From Bugula neritina (taxonomy: Eukaryota > Animalia > Bryozoa), in the NCBI GenBank assembly GCA_964035545.1, contig OZ037769.1, forward strand, positions 7,111,929-7,175,928: a DNA stretch of 64,000 nucleotides, in the 5' to 3' direction. Below are positions 1 through 15,380 of this stretch, one piece after another. The notes below the pieces were generated by a model, which saw only the letters and a program-made list of their open reading frames with translations, was not told the origin of the DNA and ran no database searches. The number at the start of each line of letters is the position of its first letter. Within the stretch, counting starts at the first letter, position 1. The position numbers and the translations under genes were made by a program.

Positions 1-254
1 CTGAAAGATTTATAGCTAACATCATTGATACTATTAGTTTTGGCCTTAGACTTCAGCTTCTTCAAAGTTGAACTTAATTTATTTACGCTGCTTGTGATTG
101 TATATCTTAACCAAATGTTTACTGTTCATACCAATACAGTTTAAATATTACCCAACTTTTATCTTTTGTTGTAGATCCCATAACATTTAAGAACATGCAC
201 TCAAAGATGTTGAATAGGAGCACAAAAAAGAATTTGACTGCTACAAAACTTTGA

Positions 255-540
255 ATCATGCTGAGACCTTCAGCCTGCAAGCAGGCGCATTCACCACTAC
301 ATTACAAGCGTCACTGGGTACTCTCGACACTACACCTTACCCACTTTTCAAGAACTCAGCTGCCTTTTTTATATTACTCCTTCAAGCTTCCCTGACCACT
401 CAACTCCTCTCGGAGTACTACCACACTTTACTAACCGCTGAAATTAGTTATAAAACTTTCCCCTCCCGTACTTGGGTTACTATCACAGACCTCGGACTTG
501 CACACAGGTGTGCTAACCACAACTGCTTGGTTATCGCTAC
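255..540 (-). mobile_element. Two degenerate tRNA-SINE heads
   Basis: - strand GTAGTGGTGAATGCGCCTGCTTGCAGGCTGAAGGTCT (~262-298) and GTGGTTAGCACACCTGTGTGCAAGTCCGAGGTCTGTG (~484-520) resemble the 11755 head. Confidence 0.4.
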
Positions 541-874
541 ACTACAGAGCAAGAATGTAATGACACACACTATGGTCTTAGCAGGCTCTGCTAATATTGA
601 GAAAAGTTAACTGAATTTACAGTCGTAGAAAAATTCTGCAAATGTTTATTTTCGTGTTTTCTTTCTTATTTTAATCTTTAGAAGTTATTTTTTGTTGCAT
701 TTCTTATATTCAACTATCATATACAATAAAATCCACATTACTATACTCTCATACTGGTTAGAAGTTATGACAAGTTAGTTCAGAGTGATCAGTAATAATT
801 TTTGCAGAAGCTTATTTCCAACAAAAATTAGAGCAGCATGGAACATTTATAAGTTCAGCTTCGAATATAACTTA

Positions 875-1030
875 GTGCAGCATTGAGCATATCTTAGATC
901 ATCATTGAACAGAAATAAGATCATCATTAAACATATATAATATCACTATTGAGCATAAATAAAATCACCATTGAATATATATAAGCTCACCATTGAACAT
1001 ATATAAGATCACCATGGCATTGAACATAAC
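875..1030. repeat. Degenerate ~21-22 bp tandem repeat (ATCACCATTGAACATATATAAG)
   Basis: About 7 imperfect units seen directly. Confidence 0.8.
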
Positions 1031-1864
1031 TTGGCTTATTGTGATAAATACAAAGAATCAACTTCACAACTCTTTATATCAACATTGATCTAACATACTA
1101 TTCACTGTGAACAGTACCTGACACTAATTTCTATTCACTGCTGGTCAATTTAGGAGCCAAAAAACGAGCTGTTTTAGTTGTCAACTAATGTTCACTCTAA
1201 CACGAATATTTCTCTCTGTGCATGTACATTATATATAATTTATCAAATCATTATGCTATTATCTAAAAGCTATAGTTAAATCCATAAAATGGTTTGTTTT
1301 ACAGTTACAGATACTGCATCTTTACAAATTTTTTAAGCTGAAATCACAGGCACAGACTCACAAACACACATACGCACAAACACACATACGCACAAACATA
1401 GAGAACTAACCTAGGAAGTCCATAACGCAGCTTTTGATTTTTACTTGTAACTATGGTGACAGAAACAGAGTTCCCTCTTCAGTTTTTTATGGTGTTCTAC
1501 TTAATAAAATTTGATAGAGTGAGTGGTACCTCTGCGAGTTCATAGTTATTAGAATATGAATGCCTTTATATATATATAGCCATATTTCATTTGATAGACT
1601 GATGCAAAGTGTCATGGCGCTCATATCATCGGAGTACACCGATGTGACCATCCTCAGTCAGAAGTATGGTGTGACGGCTAGCCGCCAGAATCCAGGTGGA
1701 GACAAGTCCTGATTTACCTCTGTTCAATTTAGTTCATTCTCGATTTCTGATGTGATTCCGAACACAAAATTATAGTTGTCTTCCCTTGTTGCTTTCGTTC
1801 TTGCGTTTTCATCTCACAGTTTCAGGGCTCAGATTGAATCATTTTTGTCTTGACTGATTTGTTA

Positions 1865-4190
<2,326 letters not shown>

Positions 4191-4619
4191 TTGGTTGTAG
4201 GTGCGGGAAATTATTAGCTAATTGTTGCTTGTAGTACATAAACAAGTTATAAGTGTAGTTACAAGTTTCAAGTGTAAAGATAAGTGAAAATGCTGAGTTT
4301 TTATACCAATCAGCAACGTTACTGCTTTTGTAGTAGCCATAATGAGTGTGGAAAAGCAAGTGACTTTAGATATTATAAAATGGTGTATTGGAAGTTCAGA
4401 AAAATATGCTAATGGAAACTGGCCAATTAAAATTTGCACAAACTTTCTGCACTCTTAATTGCTCAGCATGCTCTTTGCAGACAACGTACAGCTCATTTCT
4501 GGGCTAGATGAGCTTCCGAATGGCCGTAGGCAAGACCTTGAGCAAGAAGTTTCAACAACATATAATTTGCTCAGTGGATAAACAAGAATACCATTCTGCT
4601 AATATTTACATACTATATA

Positions 4620-7370
4620 CAAGAAGATGCTGGACAAGAAGATGGACCATCGCAAGAGGCTATGGAGGGTGTCGACCCTCCTGTACATGAGCAGGAAGTC
4701 CTCAAAGTTCACGCTCTAATTCCTTCATATGAGGAAGCTGATCCGACACCACCTGGTGACAGGTTCCGTATTCAAACTCTCATCTTTAGGGAGTTTAGCG
4801 ATGCAGTCGCCATTTCCAAATGGCTTCCTAGAGTCACGCTCCTGCATTTGTGGTTGCATCTGACAGAGACTAAGAACCGTCGTTGGCAGCATTTTTGTCA
4901 CTTTACGAGTCCGATTTGGCATCTCTGCTAGTGATGCCAGGGTTTGCCTGTTAGAGTTAAAGCATGATCCTAACACATCTTTGCAAAACATGAAGCTACA
5001 GTAGCTCGGCTGGCACAGGTCTCATACAGCAAACTATTGCTAGCTAATAGAGAGAAGTACACTTACAAAGACTTTGTGCAGTCTTTGAACAACTACGGGC
5101 TGAACCACCAGTTACTGGCGGCGGGGTCACGACTATTGAAGCCACACTTAAGCAGGCAAGGCTGACTTCCAAGCAAACAGTCTGACTAGATTATGTGTGA
5201 ATATTCACTAGGTAGAAACAGAGATACGAGATGTGACACCTGAGTCTGCCTCAGCTACTCACATAGCCGCCACTTCAAATCCATTATTGGCTACGAAAGT
5301 ACTCGCAATGACCGGAATGGTGGAGATTTTGGTGGCAGAAACAGTACGGTCTTGACTGATGGAGTTTGCAAACAGACACGCGAGGTCGAAAGCAGCTTCT
5401 GTTAAGATACGAACAGCAGTCTGTTTGGGCTGCGGCAAGAACGCGAACTCCAACAAAGATTGTCCCTACTACACGTGGAAGCATTTAAATAATCACGGCT
5501 CGTGACCAGATCAGCCAGTTTTCGGCTGAAAATAACTCTCTTTCTGCGAAGAAGGTACCAGTGTGATAAACTTGTTGGTCGAATGTAACTTAGTGCAAGA
5601 ACAAGGAGAGTTGAAGTAGTAGTGCTCAGAATCTTTATTGTAATAGTAAAAATAGGTCTTGATCAGGCGAGCTCCAGTGGTAGACTGAATCTCCATTGAA
5701 ACTCGCCTGCTTTTATACACAGAGAACAAAGACATGCATACACAAAAGATCCTTTGTGATCCGAAATTCGGCAGCTCCGAATTTCGGCATAGCCGAAAAT
5801 CGGACCACAAATTTCCAGTATCAGTAATAATGCAAAACAATAAAATAGCAAAAAAATAAAATAACTCCGGAATGCGTATTTCATGAAAATTACATTATAC
5901 TGAAAGCTTTAACAACAATCACAATAATTAGGCATTAGAAAGCTAGACCAACTTAGCTACAATTACAGCATTCAAACGATACACAACAGTAATTATAATA
6001 CTGACGCACGCAGTTATTTCAGAACTAATAGAGGATGAAAATCCATTACACCAGTTACTCCAACGGGTACATGAAGCACCTCGCTTAGATGTAAAGCACC
6101 TGAGGGAGTTGGCAAGCTGCAAAACTTATCTTTTTCTTCATCTTAGTTGCTCAGGGACTAGTTTGAAGGGTTGTAGGAGGAGTTGTTGGATGAGGAGTTG
6201 GGGCAATACCCAGAGCCTACTTGGATACTCCTGGAACCTTCAAGATCAACTCACAACCATCGGACACGGGCTTCTTTCAAACTCAAAGCCAAAGAAGTGC
6301 TATATTTAAAAATTGTTAATGCTACGAGTGTTCAACTTACTTCTTGCCCTAAAAAATCGCGGGCAAAGCTGCTACCTTTCTGCTGGATTCAGGGTGCACC
6401 ACAAACCTTACGAGCAGGCGTCTTTTTGACACACTCAGTGCATAAGACAGGGTAGACCTGGAGCCATATGAGAGTGAGCATGGTAAGTTGGCGGATGGAT
6501 CTTGCATTTCCTGGGCGAGTCCAGGATCAGGCGTGTTTATCGTCAGCCAACTCATGGAGGACGCTATCTGAGAGATACCGTTCTTGAAGCAACACAAATG
6601 CCATATTGACTTTAGCAAGTCAGCAGTAATTATGGCCGGGTGTGAGCTTGCCTGTGTCGACAAGTTCGGCAGACCTTTGATGAGAGGACGTACAGATGAT
6701 TCAGCGCTAAATTGACCCCTCGACACTATGGGGCTACAATTTACTGCAGGTGAACTGCAGGAAAATCTCCGAGTTAGGAGTCATGGAGAAAGCACATGAA
6801 AAAATTTAGCTCAAAAATAGCCTGAATTGGCTGAATTTGCTGGGGGAGATCCTGGTGCAGTGCATTAAGCCTTTCACAGAGCCGGTGGAACTGCCGGCTT
6901 GTTCATTGGTGGGGAAGCTCTACTATGTGCAGGAAGGAGGCGATGTGGGCTGGTGCTAGAGGTGACGACAGAAGCTGTCAGGAACCCTCCCTAAACGTAA
7001 GAGACTCGTTCTAGAGCATGTGGCAGATTTGTACAAGGGCGCCTGTGACAGCTGTAAGAGTAACAGAAAACGCCTGGCTGGTGATCGCGTAGTTACTCAG
7101 AAAATACAAAGACGTGTTCAGCAGTGGGAAACATGACTAAAATTGTCTGTCATGAGATTCTCCTGGCTGTGGAGATGGTCTCGATCTGGCAACCCATGAG
7201 CAAGTAGGGTCTAGAGAAGAAGAAGGTGAGCCGGCAAACCCCTGACTTTCTAGACATAGACCTAATATAGCTGGCACATAGTGTGTAGAGCTCGCCAGTC
7301 GTGCTGATCCGGAAGAAAAATAATAGCTAAAGGTTTTGTGTGGATTATTACAACCTGAACAGCCGACGGC
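4620..7370 (+). mobile_element. Decayed Gypsy/Ty3 LTR retrotransposon internal region (gag, protease, start of RT)
   Basis: Gag-like LRVRFGISASDAR near 4900; degenerate zinc knuckle CLGCGKNANSNKDCP at ~5420-5466; retropepsin FLLDSGCTTNL at ~6377-6410; RT motif SSPVVLIRKK..RFCVDYYNLN at ~7289-7360. Many stops and frameshifts. Confidence 0.85.
5546..5823 (-). mobile_element. Nested LTR (5562-5823) with primer-binding site, opposite orientation to the Gypsy host
   Basis: On the - strand it begins TGATACTGG and ends TATCACA, with TATAAAAG (~5710) and AATAAA (~5635). It is followed after 1 nt by the PBS-like TGGTACCTTCTTCGC. Confidence 0.7.
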
Positions 7371-7809
7371 AATGAGGAGTATGATATCTCAGACGATCTG
7401 CTAAATCAAGAAATAGAATTACTACTTCTCAGTCAGCCTGGGCAACAACCGCTACTCTCACGAGTTCCTTACAAGGGGGTAAATGACTTTCAGACTGGTA
7501 AAAGTCAAAAGTCAGAACAATTAGGTGCTAAAGATTATAACAGAGCTCTTCATAGTTCTACTTTCATTGCAGATAATGCTCAGCCTGTTGTTGCAAGCGG
7601 CCCAGAATCATCCGAGTGGTGGGAGGGACATACCCCTCCACACATAGAGCAGATAGATGTAGAGCCACAACTTGAGGACGTCGGATTTAAGCTCCTGTAA
7701 GTACAAAAAATAGATACATGAAATTTGTTCAGGTTTTCCCAAGGTTTTGCTGCAGCGCTTAGATTAGATTTACCCCAGGACCCGCGCTAAAATTCAGGCT
7801 TAGCTAGGA

Positions 7810-8361
7810 GAGCCTGACAATGTAACTTGTGACATGTGCCAGCAACGGTTTATCACCCATAGGAGATTAAAGGTGCATCATACCCCAACATTTTTTTTTA
7901 ACAACTTTATGTCTCTGCAGGAATATAGCTACAACAGGGATCATGTGTTGCATCACCAACACACAATAAAGTGTTTTGTGGGGTACATTTTTGAAGTAGA
8001 TAAGATGTCCTACCATCTATTCTACAAGCTAATTATACCGAAGATAAAGGATGAAGGAAAGCAAACCACATTATTGTTCGGGTTTTCGAGACCTAGGTCG
8101 GCCTTAAACTACAAACTGCCGGCACACAGGAAAAAAGAGAGTAAAAATAAATGTGAGCTTGCAAAAACTGAGCCACTTACCCGCTCATTGCAAGTGGTGG
8201 TAACTCGTGTCGACAAATATGACAACCCTCGGCTAACCTCCCCTACTGCATCCGCCCAATATCTAAGAAGAAACTTGAAGTGGCAGTCTCCCGCACATAG
8301 GTCTTTTGAAGAACCGAATTCCGAGCACCGGGTGAAGAATATGGAGTCTCAGCTTAGTTAG
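7810..8361 (+). pseudogene. C2H2 zinc-finger ORF remnant downstream of Gypsy pol
   Basis: CDMCQQRFITHRRLKVHH resembles C-x2-C-x3-F-x5-L-x2-H; a second degenerate finger YSYNRDHVLHHQH follows a T-run. No introns. Confidence 0.45.
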
Positions 8362-8589
8362 CTTACCCAACAGTTGCTGGTGGCCACAAGTAAGGCTACC
8401 AGCATTTGTAGCGCTTTGGGCAGGCAGAAGAGGAAGTTAAGGCAACAAAAATAGACTCTTACATTTGGATGGTGTTCATTCGTATATTCCTGGTAATCGG
8501 TATAATGGTATATAACTGAACTAATCTATATATTTCTTCTGAGTGATGCCCAAGATCTTGGAGATGTTAGAGATTGGTCATTTGCTCCA

Positions 8590-9214
8590 TCAGCGTAGTG
8601 GTGAAATAGACTAAGATGACAGAGTGACAATGGGAAGCTCAGCCAACCAAGGTTGTATGCTGAATCTAATATCCCAGTATTTTAACATATCTGCAATTTT
8701 TTGGGCTCAACTACAGAATGAATGCTTCCAAAAATACCTGTGCAACTTTCTTGTTTGCATTGCGTCTTTCATGTTGGAAATTTATTGTCTTTTTTCCTTG
8801 TTTTTTTTTAATTTTCACTTGGCTGCAAATACATAACCTACATAGGTTTTGTCAAAACACTAGTTGTTGTTCCATAGACTGTACTTTTGTGGTTCCTTAT
8901 TAATAAAACATGGATGAGTTAGCTGTTCAACTATGATTGGCCAAGTGTGACACAAGATGTTGATATCTGATTAGCTAATAAATGTAAGTTACTAATAGGT
9001 AGCAGTATTATAAACTTCTACAACCAATGAAATATCATATTGTAATATAATATTTCACTGATACTAAACACCACAATGTTCAACTATAGCACAGCATTTC
9101 CAGGACCATTCACCAAACAATCAGTGGTTAATTTAGACCTTTTGTCTTGTACTTATTTTTCATGCATTTAGCATTGTCAGAAGAGTTCATTAGCTCATAA
9201 GAATTATGGATCAT
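8590..9214 (+). repeat. Diverged direct repeat of 14650-15380
   Basis: Shared blocks GGGAAGCTCAGCCAA, GAATCTAATATCCCAGTATTTTAACATA, AATGAATGCTTCCAAAAATACCT and GATGAGTTAGCTGT in the same order. Confidence 0.85.
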
Positions 9215-10996
9215 CCTTAGCTTGGCTCGATTTAACAAAAGTCCCTTTCTGTCAAAAGTTTCTCACAGGGATGGTGACTATATACTTGCGGTAGTTTTAT
9301 TTGTAATAACAACAAAGGGATTGCAGCATAGATTTAGTTGGAAATTAACCTTGTTCACCAGCTGTGAAAAACAACCCAGTGATTTTATTGGCAACTTAGA
9401 AAACTTTACCATGCCATCAATGCTACTACACCAGATGCTTTAAGAATTATATTGTATCTCATAATATATGTATTAATAATAGTTTATTTCAACAAAATAT
9501 TTGTTTTCTACATATGTGCAGCAATAGAGAATATAAGCAAAAGATCAGGAGACCCTGGATACATACATGTTCAAGTTACTACTAGATATAGTTCTTTCTC
9601 CAATAACATATACATAAATTGTGAAGAAAAATGCATATACATGTGTCACTACAGTAATAAACAAATATACTGTAGATTCAACACAACATGAGCTATATGC
9701 TGGTGTTTAAACATAGAGAATACTGGTCACTGTTTAATGTAAAACAAGATTTAACAGCCTGTCTTTAATCATATTTTTATTCAATTTAACTATAGAGCAA
9801 CAGATTTTGTTCTCTCTATAGGATATAGCGCTAGTGTCACTGTCACTAATATTTCTAATTATCCTTCTGAAGTACATTATATAAAGTAAATTTGAAAGTT
9901 GTCTTCTTGTTACTAATTGGAGAGACAACTTCTTCATTTTTCTCTTCTATATCTTCCAACGCTATCTTTCTCAAACAGGCACCATCTAATCTACATCGCC
10001 ACCCTCTTTCTCTTCTACTATAGGTTCCATAGACTTGCAATGGTCAGTTACTTTTTTAAATATATATAATCTATATAACCAGTCTCTGCCAATTGCAGTC
10101 TTTACATTTTTTATAAAGGCTCTTAGCTCCAATGCTTCGTCTGGATTTCTAAAAATATGTTTTATTGATTGCTATACATTGGCTTGCATGTACAGAATTA
10201 AATGCACATATAATTCATGTTTATACTTCACATAGACTGCATCATAATGATGCATGCTATAATTACTGATGTAATATTTATTCTATACATTATCACAATT
10301 TAAAAAAATTTATAACAAGTATACTTTAGAATTGCATCCCCTGCTTCATGTAATGTGATGTGCATTGCATTGCGTCATTCATTAAGCATAGTCTCATGTA
10401 CCAACTAGAAACTTTTTAAATATTTTCACTTTTAATGGAGTAAAATAGTTTGAGACAATGATAAAGGTCTACACACTTTATTTTATAAAACAAATACTAT
10501 ATGAATATTAAATTAACAAACCATGTGGACAGCATATTATTACTATTATTAGTAAACCATATACACTTTATACTCCAAGTCTGAAAAGAATTGATAAATA
10601 AACTTACTCAGTAAGAGAGACAATCTCATTCACATCAGTAGTGAGAGATGTAGTTTCAGAGAGTGAATGTTTTTTAGAAGACATGTTATCAATAATTTCA
10701 GAGTATATATCTGAGGCAGTAGAATTATCAACTTGCTTCACCAAGAGACAGATACAGAATGAACTAATAGTCACTCTGATTGTTGAACATATCATTATTA
10801 AAGTTTAACCATTGTTGACACCATGTTGCATATATGTGAGCACTTTGGCTTGAATTTACACACCTTTTAAATATTATGCTTTAGTAAAACTATAAGTTTC
10901 TACCATTGCGAAGGTGTGGGCCATAGAACTCTGTTCTGTGCTGATGAGGAGACAAATCCCGAAACAGCTACTTTACTTTATTGTACATATAATATA

Positions 10997-11730
10997 CAGT
11001 CATTTTCGGAAGTTTAAGACCACCTTTGTGCGATAATGCGCATTACACCAATTAGGATTCAAGTTATTAATATGCTTATAGGTTTTTCGTTTGGTTATTG
11101 AAACGACGATAGTTGGGGTTTTATATACTTTGGAATTCAGAAAAAAAACCTGTTTTGTCAGAAATAGTTCAATATATAACGTGAAAACACAATTAATTTT
11201 TTATTCCCATTTCCAGATACTAGTATAATTATTTTGACATTCCTTGAACCCACTTTGTCTTCATGGCTTCATACATGTTTTGATGGCTTCTATGTTGTTC
11301 TCCTGATATTTTATTTCTAAAACATTCGACAAATTTTCAATGGGGTCCAGGTTAGGGCTGTTTCCTGTCACCAATTTGCACTTTTTTAGAAACTTACTGA
11401 CGATCTTTGCTGTGTGGCATGGAGTGCCATCTTGCATAAATATTGTGCACTGGTAACCTCCCACGTGTAAATTGAAGTTGTCCTCTATAGCAATTTTTAC
11501 GCTTCTTATAAATTATTCATAGGTGTGTTGTCCATGGAAATAGAATCTAGTTGTACCCATCACTGACATGGCTCTCCAAATCATCTTATAAGGCGGATGT
11601 TTAATGGTCATCAATAAGAATAGCTTAGTGAACAGCTGACTTACTATCAGTAAACTCTTGTTGCCAACTGCATGTGTCTTTGAATAGCCTTTTCTTTCAA
11701 TGCTTCTTGAGCGCTTCTATTAATATTCTC
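10997..11730 (-). mobile_element. Tc1/mariner transposon remnant with one TIR
   Basis: TIKHPPYKMIWRAMS, FMQDGTPCH and NSPNLDPIENL are Tc1 DDE transposase motifs. TA|CAGT terminus at 10995-11000. Confidence 0.88.
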
Positions 11731-11754
11731 AGAGTTGTTGTTGGGAATCCAGGA

Positions 11755-11960
11755 GCCCCTGTGGTGTCATTGATTGGCACGCCTGCTTGCAAGCGTGAGG
11801 TCTGTGGTTCGAATCTATGTGTGGGCAATTATTTTTCAAGAGTAAGAAAACTTGTTCCTATTTAGCATATTGGCAACGGTAGAAGTGCTTCTACCAAACC
11901 AGTTTCAGCCATTAGTGTTCCCGTGCTCAATGAAAGGCTCATTTCACCCAGTCTGAGATA
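11755..11960 (+). mobile_element. tRNA-derived SINE
   Basis: A-box-like TGGTGTCATTGA, B-box GGTTCGAATC, imperfect cloverleaf, then the body GCAATTATTTTTCA shared with other copies. The 3' end is approximate. Confidence 0.65.
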
Positions 11961-13819
11961 GAAGATCTTCTATGTATCTGGACTATCCCAGTCAATGTTA
12001 ACTGTGTAAGATGCCTTTTCCAGTAAATAGTTTATTAATTACACATCGTCACCAGAGCCGGCAAACAATATTTAAAACTTATGGTGCACTTGATGGAATC
12101 TTTAGGCTGTAATTATCAGAAGGCAATACAATAAAGAAATTACTCACAGGAGGTAGTTGATATTGCCTTTACAACTGACAAGTGTTAAAATTAGAGGGCA
12201 GTTTTGTCACCCTCCACCTTACATTGCTCCTACACTGAGTTTTCAAATGGGTCATGCACATCTCAAGCAGAGTTATAATCCTAAACACAACCCTGTAGGT
12301 CATGTATATCACAAGGTCATGCACAAGGTCCTAGAAGCACGTTAATAAAATGTATAATTATGTTATCATTTGCTGGAATATACGTGCTGCATAAGTTTAC
12401 AAACCCTGTAATAATGGATATTTTCCCATTGCATGGAGAGCATTATGTTGTAAGAATGGGAGAATATAACATAGCATATGAATAATTAAAATACTTTGTA
12501 GGGGTGATCAGGGGTGATTAGGGGTGATTCAGGGATGCAAGGAACATAATATAAACGCAGCAAAGTTAAGTTGAACTTGAAAAAATAAAACATTAAGGGT
12601 GAGCTTTATTACCCTTGAGTATCACTTTACCTACTACTCACCAAGATGCATGGTAAGGGCACTTGTATCTTTACTATATTGATTTATGAAGACTTCAGGG
12701 CATTGGAACATTACATTTAGCTTGATAGATTATGCGGTACCTGGTAGCCATGTTAAAATTCCTCGAAATACTCAGGACTGAAAAGTCTACGACCACCTAG
12801 AGACATTTGCCTATAGACCCTATACAGCTATGCATGAATAATCAGCAGAGAAAAACCTCTATCGGGAAAGCAATTTGAAGTCAAAATTCCTTTCTTTGTT
12901 GCCATACTATATAACTGTTCACTACCTTGGACATCAAAGCACCAATTTTACATTACAATTGTTTAATTGTAAATTAATTAAATCATCAAAAACCCATCTT
13001 CTTTAAAATACTCTGTCATTTATGTTGGCAGAACCAAACCAATTTTCTGATTTAGGTTTTGTTTATCTAATGATAAATTTATAGAATTACATGTCTGGTA
13101 TATTTTAATTTGTAATTTAAAATCTAAATTAATGTAAAAAATATTTGTAACACACTCTGAAAAGAGTTTACAACAATGGAGGAATAATAATGGAGACAAA
13201 TTGACCTTCACCAAGTGTTACTGCCACATCAAGCTACAGATAGTTTTAGTCTGAATATGTAGAAGCTGTAGTGGGATAGAACTATACAATCATACAGTAT
13301 AATGAAGACATGTGATAGAAATACTAGTTCATATTCATACAACAGTTGCTGCATGAATCAAAGACAATTACGAAGACTTTGAGCAAAGATATTTTAGCAT
13401 TATTTATTACTTTAAATGTAGATTCAATCACTAATCTGTAATTTTAAAATAGATGAACATTAATGTCGGTCTGCTAATATCTATATTTAATAAGCTGCAA
13501 CTGAAACATATTGTGGAATAAAGCATCGGCTATGCATTTTCACAAGACAGCAGCTCAAATAATAAAAAAACAAATGTAGTTTAATAGTAGACTGCAATAC
13601 ATTTTAGCTTGTCGCTGATGTACAAAATATTATGTGTGACTCAAAGCTTATGTATAATATGAAGTCCATAGCCTTTATAATTCTAAACTTACAGCTGCAA
13701 ACTAAATATGCTACGTAAGTTTTCTAGTTGAGTAAAAACTATTGCAAAACTAAATAACCAACTCCCATTCAAAAACTACAGTCTGAAGCTATTGGCTCAT
13801 AAACTTTATATGAGCCAAA

Positions 13820-14040
13820 CTACTCTATCGTCTATAATGTAGAACATATCCTCAAACACTCTATAATCTATATAGAACATAGTCTTAAATACTCTATAAT
13901 CTATATAGAACATAGTCTGAAATACTCTATAATCTATATTATAGAACATAGTCTTAAATACTCTATAATCTATATAGAACATAGTCTGAAATACTCTACA
14001 ATCTATATAGAACATAGTCTGAAATACTCTAGGATCTATA
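13820..14040. repeat. 33 bp minisatellite, about 6 units
   Basis: ACTCTATAATCTATATAGAACATAGTCT(T/G)AAAT repeated. Confidence 0.92.
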
Positions 14041-14649
14041 CAATGGTGAGAATTATTATAACTAATTATCTCAGGTGACTTGAAAAATAAACTGCTGACA
14101 CGATTACATAATACCCCTTTAGCATTCGGAGACTAAATTTGCATAAAATATTTAATATATAAAATATTTAATATTGTTGTTAATAAAATTACTTACGCCA
14201 CCAACAGATGCCTTGTGCTTTAAACAACTGATGGCAATGTATACTGATATTTACTCACAATCTGCAATGACTCAAACAAACTTTGAACTAATTTACATTT
14301 TTTCCAACTCACGAATAGCATTAAAGAAGCTTGCTTTCCTAAGACTAAAGGGCTTTTTCTTTTACATTTATTAGACAAGTATAGCCAAAATGTAAGAGAT
14401 GTAAGGAAGTATTAGCAATTGGCATCTGCATAATAAAGTACTTGTTGAATGTACTCAAACATGTAACACGAAATCACCTGATGCAGTGTTAACATTATAC
14501 ATAGTCTCACTGAATGCTACGTTACAAATTAACATTATCCCAGACTTGATATATTTAAAGTTTGAAGAATTTAATCTGAATTGGCAGACATATATTGCAT
14601 ATATGTCTGCATTTCTGAGAATTTTGTAATCTCTCAATAACCACATGAA

Positions 14650-15380
14650 ATCAAGCGTCATGTCTGTTTGACTAAGATAGCAGATAACAGAGAGACAATT
14701 TGGGAAGCTCAGCCAATCACAGTTGCATGCCGAATCTAATATCCCAGTATTTTAACATAATAATATATGCAATTTGCAAGCTCAACTACAAAATGAATGC
14801 TTCCAAAAATACCTCTGTAATTTTCGTTAATTTCATTGTTTTTTTCATGTTCAAAATTTATCAGTTTTGAATTGTTTTTCTTTGTAGACATTTTAAAATT
14901 ATATGCCTGCAAATACACTTTACATGAGTTTCACCACAACAGCAGTTGTCAGTGTGTAGAATGTACTTTTGGGGTTTCTTATTAATAGGACACAGATGAG
15001 TTAGCTGTCTGGCCAATGGTGAATGACCAAAATTGCTACATGACTCTGATGGGCACAGTTTTACGTAACCTGTTTATACCTATATCTGATTGGCTGATAA
15101 ATTTACTAAGTATCAATATAATAAACTGTCCAGTGGTATGAAATATTTTGTTGCAATAGATTTTACTGATACGCGTAATGTTCAGCTAGTGCCAGATTTC
15201 CAGGGAATTACACTTTTTATCTCATACTTGTATGATGCTTTGTGCATTTAAGTCTTGTACGACATTTCTCATGCACTTAAGTTTCCTATTTTCTCACCTC
15301 ACCTCTCTCCGCTTTGCCCTGTTTGGGCAGTGTGTAATATTATCAGAAAAGTTTACTAGCATACATGAATAATGGATCAT
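14650..15380 (+). repeat. Diverged direct repeat of 8590-9214, with inverted CCAAT motifs
   Basis: Same blocks as 8590-9214. AGCCAATCA near 14711 and TGATTGGCT near 15087. Confidence 0.85.

Noticed and set aside
1600-1710. Second gag-like fragment (ILSQKYGVTASRQ)
   Set aside because: Too short to support a call.
11755-11826. Functional tRNA gene
   Set aside because: The stems pair poorly and it runs into a body shared with other degenerate copies, so it is a SINE head.
13820-14040. CRISPR-like array (also the 75 bp repeats)
   Set aside because: Contiguous units without unique spacers, no cas genes, eukaryotic context.
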